Positions 22,601-32,059 of a stretch of 64,000 bases of DNA are shown here, one piece after another. The stretch is from positions 1,948,066 to 2,012,065 of the forward strand of contig JAHRHZ010000061.1 in the NCBI GenBank assembly GCA_024137785.1, written 5' to 3'. The translations under genes were made by a program, and so were the position numbers. The notes under the pieces were generated by a model that was not told the DNA's origin, ran no database searches, and saw only the letters and a program-made list of their open reading frames with translations. The first letter of the stretch is position 1; the number at the start of each line of letters is the position of its first letter. This DNA comes from Ginglymostoma cirratum. Lineage: Eukaryota.

Positions 22601-25163
22601 CCTGGACTATTCCATTTTCTCATTACAAAAAAGGACGGAAAGATTTTAAAGTGAAGACCGTAAGAGAACTTTAAAATTGAAATACCTTCCTGTTGTTCAT
22701 CAAATGGTATGGTGAGTTTCCTAATGAGAGGGATTTGCAACATCGACTGATTCACATGACATGAATATACATCCCCTGCCTTCCAATGGGAGAGGTTGAC
22801 ATAACTTGTTGCAGAATTGTTATCATTTGAGGTAATAATAGGTCCAGAGTCAATCCATACTGAGCCTTCTTTTCTTTCTCTTCTCCACCTCAATTGTACA
22901 TCACCAGGATAGAGGTTCTCTGCTTTACAAACCAGTTGTACACAAGAGCAATTTTCAGGCTGAGGAAGAAATGTAACTTCAACCACTGGAGGAACTTGAG
23001 AAAAAAGATAAAAAAGAGAGTTGTGAATTGCAGACTCTTAGAAGCCCTACCATGTGGAAGCAGGCCATTTGGTCCATCAAGCCCATACTGACCCCGGTGA
23101 AGATCATCCCAACCAAACCCATTCCCCTACCCTATCCCTGTGACCCTACATTTCATTTCCCACAGCTAATCCATCTATCTGACACATCCCTGGACATTAT
23201 GGGCAACTTAGCACGTCCAATCCACCTAACCTGCAGATTTTTACATAATTTTGGAAAATAAACTACTTCATTTTCAATTAATTTTTTTAAAAAATTAATT
23301 TCTATATTGTGGATGGCTATGATGGCTGTGATGTTGTTCCCGCAACTTAATACTGTACATTAATACATTAAACAGGCAAATATTTAGGTTATGATGTTGT
23401 TAATAACATTTAGAATTTTTTTTACAAATACATTTACAATTCATTCCAACTTGTGACCAGCAGAAGTAATTAGATGAAAATACAACATATATATGTGATT
23501 AATGCAATAACAATTATACCCATACATTTTTATATGATACACACATACATAACAAAATAACTCGTACCTGCTACTATGAGGCTTGTTTTGTTTCCTTCTA
23601 TTTCTATAGTAGGTGGTGGTATATGAAATGCAATCTTACAATAATATAGATCTGAATCATTCATTTGGAGATCTTGGATGATAAACTGAGTAACGCTGGC
23701 ATTGAGCTTCAAAATGATGCTCGTTCGATCATCACAGAGAGGATTCGGTATCAGCTTCTTATTTATATAAGTTATACTACATACAGGATTTTCGACTTGT
23801 TTACTCCTCCACCAGGAAACATGCATCATTTCAGCCTTCTTACGAAGGTACCAGTTGGAAAAAGTGATGTTAACACTTTCGCCCTTGAGTGCTCGGAGAA
23901 CAGCTGGAGTTTGGAAAACTTGGTCTTCACAATATATTACAACTGTTCCGAAGAAAAATCAAACTGAATTAGCATCATTAATTAAAAACTAATCAAAATT
24001 ATCTCTGAGAATTTGCACACCTATTTGAAGACATAGGACTTTAATAGATTGAAATAAGATCCTTTACTGAGGAAAACATTACATGAATTCAGCAGATCAA
24101 CATTTGCAGGGTGCATTATTTTTCTTTTGAATCAAAATTCGTCTGTAGGCAAGAATGCAGTTAAGGTATGAAATCCCAATGAATAGCACAACGAATCAAG
24201 AATCTCTTATGCAAAGACATGTCACTGTTTAATGTTATAATGCACATTTATGACAGGGAGATGTTTATATATTCATTTCAAAGAGCAAGATGTTTGTAAT
24301 GTCAATGATCTTTGTCGCAAGAGTTTATAATGTCATTGTTTGGTTCAACAAGAATTTGGCCTTGTCTCTTCTCAATTTAAATTAGGAAGCTTGAGAATGG
24401 TAGAATTGAGATTGCTGCCCCAAACTGACCGAATAGGGTGTTTCTCATTCCAACAATAACCGTTGTAAAGAACTTGCACAGTACTGTTCAATTGCCAACA
24501 TCAGAGAATCTTGTTGATCAGTGCATAGCTCTTACTGTCTTGGATAGCTTACTTAAAGATAAAACAAAATTGTAATGACATATTGCCTACACAGAAGAGT
24601 TTTAAACAAGTTTAATGTCTGCATAAGGATAAAAGTGTCTGCTTAAAAAGCACTGCTCACTTACTACCATGCTCACCATGGAGATATATTCACAATACCG
24701 CTAATGCAGTGAGGTTTAGGATGAAAGTTTTGATTTTGATTACATTTGGTTAAATTTGTATGAAAATGTCATAGGCAGTGGGGAAAGTGGAATTCTAAAA
24801 TTAATACCATTGCACACACCTCAACAAATTGCTTCTGACATTTCAAACACTTCTTTTTTCAAAATCAATACAGATTCCCATCTAAATAATCTAGTTTCCT
24901 GTGAATGAAGACAGGTCAACATTTGGTGCTACCGTGTACAATATTTAGGCCGGCTGAATGTTTGACAAAAGAATTCCTGCAAAGGAGCCTTAATACAAGA
25001 AATTCAAAGATCAAAAAGTGACAATCAATATCAGCAGATACTTTAAAATGTTAGGTAGACTGTTCTTTCAGATTTGCTAGCTTTATCAGCACAAAGAAGC
25101 ATTCTTACCCAAACTAATCATGAGGAGAATCCACTTAGCGAAACAGTTATCAACTGAAGACAT
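19512..25163 (-). CDS. Spliced IgSF type I membrane receptor (leader-V-C1-TM-cytoplasmic), CD28/CTLA-4/CD28H-like V domain; about 325 aa; join(25163-25109,23942-23568,22994-22686,21599-21510,19660-19512)
   Basis: Five exons with GT-AG sites, all junctions phase 1, 55+375+309+90+149=978 nt with no internal stop. Protein: MSSVDNCFAKWILLMISLVVIYC-EDQVFQTP...DSDLYYCKIAFHIPPPTIEIEGNKTSLIVA-VPPVVEV...LVCKAENLYPGDVQLRW...YSCHVNQ...-VREYLWWVLSSLGPILIAAVVYFLLKRSKK-AEPEDNQIYVNV...IYENTF*. An extra small cytoplasmic exon cannot be excluded. Confidence 0.85.
20790..21030 (-). mobile_element. Old L2-type LINE 3' fragment in the intron after the TM exon
   Basis: Similar to 38590-38790 and 40600-40930. Confidence 0.5.
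21510..21599 (-). CDS. Exon 4: transmembrane segment
   Basis: Acceptor tttttttcacag, donor AAG|gtaaga; 90 nt; YLWWVLSSLGPILIAAVVYFLL followed by basic stop-transfer KRSKK. Confidence 0.9.
22686..22994 (-). CDS. Exon 3: Ig C1-set domain
   Basis: Long polypyrimidine acceptor, donor AAG|gtattt; 309 nt; LVCKAENLYPGDVQLRW and WKAGDVYSCHVN match C1-set motifs (LxCxxxxFYPxxIxxxW; YxCxVxH). Confidence 0.92.
23035..23237 (-). mobile_element. Partial HE1-type SINE (3' half) in the V-C1 intron
   Basis: gtggaagcaggccatt...gggcaacttagcacgtccaatccacctaacctgca. Confidence 0.8.
23568..23942 (-). CDS. Exon 2: Ig V-set domain
   Basis: Acceptor ttttcttcggaacag, donor CAG|gtacga; 375 nt; VFQTP A strand, GESVNIT B strand, VSWWR C strand, IQDLQMNDSDLYYC, GNKTSLIV G strand. 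Confidence 0.93.
25109..25163 (-). CDS. Exon 1: signal peptide MSSVDNCFAKWILLMISL
   Basis: ATG with A at -3 (gcaaaATG), hydrophobic core, phase-1 donor G|gtaaga; joins in frame to VVIYC-EDQ of the V exon. Confidence 0.8.
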
Positions 25164-25199
25164 TTTGCTCAGCACATGTAGAATCGAAAAGTTGAGAAC

Positions 25200-25500
25200 T
25201 AGTTCTGGTATGATAGGTGGGTGTGTGCAACCAACCTTCTGCTAAAAAAGTAAAGTAGATTGCTGCGGGTTTGTACATCAGCCTTCCTGTCTGGATTGAC
25301 CTTATGATGTTTATTTTTAAATGCACCTCAACAATGAAATAACTTCTTAAAAAGAATCAGTGAAAATCATGTCTAAGTGTGACAATTTATTATTTGTTTC
25401 TGCTATAGCCAGCCGATCTTGTGTACTTTGCATTAGTTTTCCCGGCATCTCACGTATACAACCAAACCTATTTCATTTCAGTATTTCAGAATAACTGGGT
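25200..25500 (-). promoter_or_regulatory. Probable proximal promoter of the IgSF gene
   Basis: Unique sequence directly upstream of the ATG; ETS-like CAGGAAG (25289-25283) and GAAA-repeat IRF-like run (about 25469-25489) on the minus strand. Confidence 0.35.
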
Positions 25501-25989
25501 ATGTTGATACGAATTCTTTCCTTTTACTCCCTTCTCAATAAAGGAACACCTCTTCTAGCGGTGCGTTCCAGGCTCATACCACTGTCTGCCTGAAAAACTT
25601 CCCTCACACATCCCCCTTAAACTTGCCCCCTCTCACCTTGAACCTGTGCTCCCTTGTAATTGAAAATTCAACCCTGGGGAAGAAAAAAATAACTAAATGG
25701 TTAGAGGAATCGTCTTTGATAAAATTTATCATTCCAATAAATGAATGAGGAAGGGGGATAAATTAAATATTTGCCCAAATAAAAGTGTCAGACTGCAGTG
25801 AGCAATTATCCTGCCCTTTTCAAACTGATGTAGTCGGTACACAAATTAATCACTTGCTGATTCTGGTATACTGCCCAGCATGAGGTGTGTGGTTGAATGG
25901 CTGCAAACCTCAGCTGGAGCCAAGTTTCATCCAGGATGGAATGGATTTAGATCTAAGCTGTATGACTTAAAGTCAACCTGCTTTTCTTC

Positions 25990-27935
25990 TGCTAAACAGT
26001 GTGGGGGATGAATTAAATATCATCAATATCACTAAAGAAGTAGCATTAGGCAAATTAGTGGGGCTAAAGGTAATTAAGTCCCCTGGCCCTGATGGCTTGC
26101 ATCCTAGGATCCTAAAAGAAGTAGCTCCAGAGATGGTGGGTGCATTGATTATACTTTTCCAAAAAGGTATGGATTCTGGAGAAGTACCAGAGAATTGACC
26201 AACTGTCAATGCGACTTTCCTTTCTAAAAGGGAGGGAGGGTTAAAGCCAGGAGCTGTAGGCCAATTAAGCTAATATCTATTGTTGGAAAAATGTTGGAAT
26301 TAATTATTAGGGAAGTAATAGCAGCGCATCTGGAAAATCATAATCCACTCGAGCAAAGTCAGCATGGCTTCAAGAAAGTGTAATTGTGACTGACTGACGT
26401 ATTAGTGTTTTTCAAGGAAGTCTCAACCAGAGTGGATAGAGAGGAACCAGTAAATGTGCTGTATTCTGACTTGCAGAAGGCATTTGACAAGGCACCTCAA
26501 ATCGTAAGGTAAGAGCTCACAGTGTTGGAAATAGCATTGATAGAGAATCGGCTAATGGGCTGGGAACACTGGGTGGGGATAAAGGGTTCTTCTTCAGGTT
26601 GTCAACCCATGACCAGTGGGTTCCAAGGGGATCAATGCTGGGACCATAATTGCTTACAACATATGTTAATTACTTGGAGGAAGGAAGTGAATGTACTGTA
26701 GCCAAATTTGCAGATGACACAAAACTAGGTGGAAATGTAAATTGTAAGAGTGCTGAGTAAGTGAGCATGAAGTTGGTAAATGGAGTATAATGTAGGAAAA
26801 TGTGAAGTTGTTCGTGTTGGAAGAGAGAACAAGAGAGCAAAGTATTATACAGGCAGCATGGTGGCTCAGTGGTTAGCACTGCTGCCTCACAGTGCCAGTA
26901 ACTCCAGTTCAATTCCAAGCTCAGGCAACTGTCTGTGTGGAGTTTGCGCAGCCCCCCTGTGTCTGTGTGAGTTTCCTCTGGCTGCTCCAGTTTCCTCTCA
27001 CAGTCCAATGATGTGCAGGCTAGGTGGATTAGCTATGCCAAAGTGCCCAGGGATGTTTAGGTTAGGTGGGTTTTGCAGGGGTAGAGGAATGAGTCTGGGT
27101 GGAATGCTCTTCAGAGGGGCAGTGTGGACTTGTTGGGCTGAATGGCCTGTTTCTACACTGTAGGGGTTCTATGATGATGCCCCAAAATAATTTTAAAATT
27201 TAACAGCGTATTATTTAAATAGAGAAAAACAGCAGAAAGCTGCATCACAAAGGGACTCGGGGATACTGTGCATGAAACACAGAAAGCTAGCAGGTGAGGC
27301 AGGTAATCAGGAAGGCTATTAGAATGTTGGCCCTTATTTCAAGGTGGTTAGAATATTAAACTAGGGAGGTCTTACTGCAACTGCACAAGGTGTTGGTGAG
27401 ACCACATCAGGAGGACTGTGAGCAGTTTTGGTCTCCTTATCAAAGGAAAGATATTTCATTGGAGGCAGTTCAGAGAAAGTTCACTAAGATAATGCCCATT
27501 ATGGAGGAATTGTCTTATGTGCAAAGGCTAAACAGGCTGGGACTCCACTCCTTGTAGTTTAGAAGACTTAGAGGTGACCTCATTGAAACATATAGGATTC
27601 TTAAGGAGCTTGACAGGGTACATGCTGAGAGAATGTTTCCCCTCATGTGAGAGTCTAGGGCCAGAGGACATAGTCTCAAAATAAAGGTGCGCCAATTTAA
27701 GGCTGAGCTGAGGAGGAATTTCTTCTCTCGGAGTGTTGTGAATCTTCAGAACTCCTTGTCACAGAGATCTGTCAGAGCAGAGACCTTGTGTATTTTAAGG
27801 CTGAGATAGATAGCTTCTTGATCAGTAGGGGACGCAAGGGTTACAGGGGAAGGGCAGGAATGTCAGCCTTGATCCTATTGGATAGGGGAGCAGGCTTGAG
27901 GGACTGCATGGCCTACTTCCATTTCTATTTCTAAT
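25990..27935 (+). mobile_element. Degenerate CR1 ORF2 plus 3' UTR, with an inserted SINE
   Basis: KSPGPDGLHPRILKE, KFADDTKLGG, MEYNVGKCEV. Confidence 0.88.
26849..27175 (+). mobile_element. HE1-type SINE inserted in CR1
   Basis: Full head and tail; gtattat repeated at 26842-26848 and 27208-27214. Confidence 0.9.
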
Positions 27936-28284
27936 GGTTATTAATTAGTACATCTCACCTAATTAATATTCAGCTTCCTGCCTTACCAAACATGTCAAAC
28001 AAAGTAGACATTGAGAATTCTCAACATAACATCTAGAGTGGACACATGGTGACTTTAGCTTGGCACATGCTCTAAAGGACTACCATGCTGGTCACTGGGC
28101 ACCAATACTTTAGGGCACTCTCAATGGGCACTGGCCAATGCATCCCAAATTCACCCACATTGGCATATGACATGTGCCAGAACTAAGAACCTTTATGGTA
28201 CATCTCTAATCCACTTACAGGATGTTTCTGCACTTTAATGATCTACCTTAGCCTGGTCTGGCAACAAGACCCGCTCCATAATAA

Positions 28285-28510
28285 CACTATGTACTATCTA
28301 CAAGATGCAGTGCAGAAATTCATCAAGGCCCCTTTGACAGCACCTTCCAAAATGACAATAACTAACATCTAGAATGAAAAGGACACAGATACAATGAATC
28401 GCCACCACCTGCATGTTCCCCTCAAACCATTCACCATCCTGACTTGGAAATATATCGCCATTTCTTCAGTTTCACTGCATCAAAAACCTGGAACTCACTC
28501 CCGACAACTT
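28285..28510 (+). mobile_element. 3' fragment of the 32060-34628 LINE family
   Basis: Matches 34260-34480. Confidence 0.75.
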
Positions 28511-28542
28511 ATAGCTATTGAAAATCAATGAGCGCCGTATGT

Positions 28543-28600
28543 GAGATAACAAGGTGTGGGGCTGGATGAACACAGCAGGCCAAGCAGCATCATAGGAGCA
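28543..28600 (-). mobile_element. 58-bp Penelope pLTR tip with TSD
   Basis: Nearly identical to 29828-29882; flanked by ccgtatgt at 28535-28542 and 28601-28608. Confidence 0.8.
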
Positions 28601-29825
28601 CCGTATGTCATGTGTCTTCAGGCAGGCCCATTGCTAATCAGGCAATTAACTGGGCAGCAGTGAGCCTTGCATGCAATCAGACTCTCGACGGGGTGGATGT
28701 CCCCCCGTCAAAAACTGCCAGCCAATCAGAGGCCAGCAGATCTTTCTGACTCAGCAGCACCACCAGGGAAACTGTGGCTACTATTAGTAATTCATCCACG
28801 CACCCAAGGCACAAGATCACTGAACGACTGGGGGAAAACAGATGGATGCTGTGGGAGAACAGGTCTCCGAAGGGGGGATGTTCAGCAACATGGGCAGGGG
28901 TTGGTACTCAGGGGACTTTACCCCTGTCCCCACCCCTGTAACTGAAGTTGGATCTCTTAAATAAGCACTGTGTGCCTATGAAGCCCATAGGCAACTCTGT
29001 TGGAGTTTTATTTTTGGACTTCTCACATGGCAACTCCTGCCCACTGATGCCTGAATGAAAACTGGCAGTTGCGGGATGCAGCCCTTGAAGGCATTAATCT
29101 CCCACTTATAGGCTTCAATTGGCAGGAAGGTTACCCACAAGCCATCTTGTTGTGGATTTGATCGGGGTCAGAGGTGGGACATTGACCAGGTACCACCCTC
29201 CAACTTGACACTGAATGAAATGCCCTCTCACCACCAAATTTGCTACAGTAAGTGAAGTACATAGGTGAGTTACTAGATTTGGAGGGCACATGGCAATAGA
29301 GTTCAATTCAGAAAGTGGAAAATTCTATATTTGTGTAGGAAATCTGTGAAGTCGTAAGCCCTCATTTATAGTTAGCCCTTAAACAATATTTTGTTTGAAT
29401 GTCAATATGTTAACAGGGCCTGTAATCTTGTGCATTACAAGATTTGTTTTAACATTGCGTCCCATGTGGTTCGTGTTACTTTGGAGATGCCTGCCCGATC
29501 CTCTAACTCTCCAACTTGATACTGTCACATCATGCCTATAACTTTCTGATGTATGGCTTCACCCTCAAAAAGGCTAGTTGCCAAGGTCTGCTCAGGGAGA
29601 TATTTCCCCTTAACTTTTCTTGCTGCTGCGCAGACCCTCTGAGCTGCACAACTTAAAGGTAACATTTTCAGGCAAGGTTTACCCATGAGGCTCCACCCTG
29701 CCTGCTTCAACCATCATTTGTTCTGGGCCACATCGTAGATGCTTGCTGATAGATCATTATGGATCTGCTGTTCGCAGCAATGCTCCTACTTGTTGACCTC
29801 TCAAACAGGCAGAGATGCCCTTCTT

Positions 29826-31277
29826 AAATAACAAGGTGTGGAGCTGGATGAACACAGCAGGCCAAGCAGCATCATAGGAGCAGGAAAGCTTCACGTTTCG
29901 GGCCTAGACTCTTCATCAGAAATAGGGGAGGGGAAGAGGGTTCTGAAATAAATAGGGAGAGAGGGGGAGGCAGATAGAAGATGGATAGAGGAGAGGATAG
30001 GTGGAGAGGAGACAGACAAGTCAAAAAGGTGGAGATGGAGCCAGTAAAGGTGAGTGTAGGTGGGGAGGTAGGGAGGAGATAGGTCAGTCCAGGGAGGATG
30101 GACAGATCAAGGGGGCGGGATGAGGTTAGTAGATAGGAAATGGGGGTGCAGCTTGATGTGGGAGGAGGGGATAGGTGAGAGGAAGAACAGGCTAGGGAGG
30201 CGGGGACAAGCTGGGTTGGTTTTGGGATGCGGTTGGGGGAGGGGAGATTTTGAAACTTGTGAAATCCACATTGATACCATTGGGCTGCAGGGTTCCCAGG
30301 CTGAATATAATTTGCTGTTCCTGCAGCCTTCGGGTGGCATCATTGTGGCATTGCAGGAGGCCCAGGATGGACATGTCGTCCGAGGAACGGGAGGGGGATT
30401 TGAAATGGTTCGCGACTGGGAGGTGCAGTTGTTTGTTGCGAACTGAGTGCAGGTGTTCTGCAAAGCGGTCCCCAAGCCTCCGCTTGGTTTCCCCGATGTA
30501 GAGCAGGCCACAACGGGTACAGCGGATGCAGTATACCACATTGGCAGATGTGCAGGTGAACATCTGCCTGATGTGGAAAGTCTTCTTGGGGCCTGGGATT
30601 GGGGTGAGGGAGGAGGTGTGGGGGCAGGTGTAGCACTTCCTGCGGTTGCAGTGAAAAGTGCCGGGTATGGTGGGGCTGGAGGGGAGTGTGGAGCGGACAA
30701 GGGAGTCACGGAGAGATTGGTCCCTCCGGAAAGCAGACAAGGGTGGTGAGGGAAAAATGTCTTTGGTGGTGGGGTCGGATTGCAGATGGCAGAAATTTTG
30801 GAGGATGATGCGTTGGATCCGGAGGATGGTGGGGTGGTACGTGAGGACAAGGGGGATTCTTTTTTCCCTAACCTGTTCTTCCTCTCACCTATCCCCTCCT
30901 CCCACATCAAGCCGCACCCCCATCTCCTATCTACTAACCTCATCCCGCCCCCTTGACCTGTCCGTCCTCCCTGGACTGACCTATGTCCTCCCTACCTCCC
31001 ACCTACACTCACCTTTACTGGCTCCATCTCCACCTTTTTGACTTGTCTGTCTCCTCTCCACCTATCCTCTCCTCTATCCATCCTCTATCCGCCTCCCCCT
31101 CTCTCCCTATTTATTTCAGAACTCTCTTCCCCTCCCCCATTTCTGATGAAGAGTCTAGGCCCGAAACGTCGAGCTTTCCTGCTCCTATGATGCTGCTTGG
31201 CCTGCTGTGTTCATCCAGCTCTACGCCTTGTTATCTCGGATTCTCCAGCATCTGCAGTACCTACTATCTCATTATCG
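29826..31277 (-). mobile_element. Penelope-like element: GIY-YIG region with inverted pLTR, 14-bp TSD
   Basis: ORF 30192..30740 (VVYCIRCTRCGLLYIGETKRRLGDRFAEH); 30866-31235 is an inverted copy of 29828-30195; TSD gagatgcccttctt at 29812-29825 and 31278-31291. Confidence 0.93.
31141..31172 (+). ncRNA. Minimal hammerhead ribozyme motif in Penelope pLTR
   Basis: CTGATGA-AGAGTCTAGGCCC-GAAA-CGTC: core boxes, stem II (one mismatch), palindromic ACGT, GUC triplet. Confidence 0.7.
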
Positions 31278-32059
31278 GAGATGCCCTTCTTGATCCGTCG
31301 CAGGGCTTTGAACTTCCTCCCATTTCTCATGCACCACAGGTTTTTTTCTTGTCGACATTCTCCTCCTCCCCCCAACTCTGGGAAGGTCACAAGCAGAAGA
31401 TCGGAAAGGAGGATGATCTGCAGTGGTCAGAGAGCGGGAGGTTCCTGAGGCAAGGTCAACGATGAGCAGAAGGTCCAATACTATTTGTAGAAAGGTCAAA
31501 TTTTCTTTCATAGTTTTTCATTTATTTTTTATTCTGGACGTTATTTATCTCACCAATATAAGAATTTAATTATGCAAAATATCTCAATGTTGTAACGTTT
31601 CTCGGCTCATCTTACACTAAACAAGTCCTGCAGAACTTCATTCTGAATTTGACATTGACTTCTGTGGGAGTTAATGTTTCACTTATTTTCATATAAAGTC
31701 GCAATTTTCAGGAACACAATCACAACTTTAGGTGAAAACCTGCCGTACATCACAAACTAAATCACTGAATTTTAAAAGGGATGCAAAAACATCCCTGTTG
31801 AGGCTGTTCACACATAAGTCTTTGAAGGCTGCAAAGAAGTTAACAAAGAATTGAATGATGAGGCCACTGATTTGAAAGCGATTGCCAGAAGAACTGGAGG
31901 GGTCGTGAAGAGAAACATTTTTATACAATGGGTGGCTAGGATTTAGAATGCACTGCCTGATTGGGTGATTGGTAAAGATTCAATATTAGCCTTCAAAAGG
32001 GAATTGGATCTGTCTTGTTTCAATTACTTCTCCTTCTCATTTAAAGTCCTTAATCTTTA

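Noticed and set aside
23568-23942. Rearranging Ig/TCR V segment or IgNAR cluster
   Set aside because: The G strand is encoded in the same exon, I saw no RSS heptamer/nonamer or separate J segments, and the tail has its own tyrosine motifs
24677-24772. Alternative first (leader) exon ...TFILNLTALAVL*IYLH
   Set aside because: No in-frame ATG and it contains stops; a clean leader exists at 25163-25109
19512-25163. Naming the gene CD28, CTLA4 or TMIGD2
   Set aside because: FHIPPPT is not MYPPPY, there is no YxxM, and a C1 domain is present; orthology needs phylogeny and synteny
30107-31465. Long Pro/Ser-rich ORFs (also 45817..46563 in part and 9688..10038)
   Set aside because: Alternative frames or antisense of the C-rich Penelope sequence
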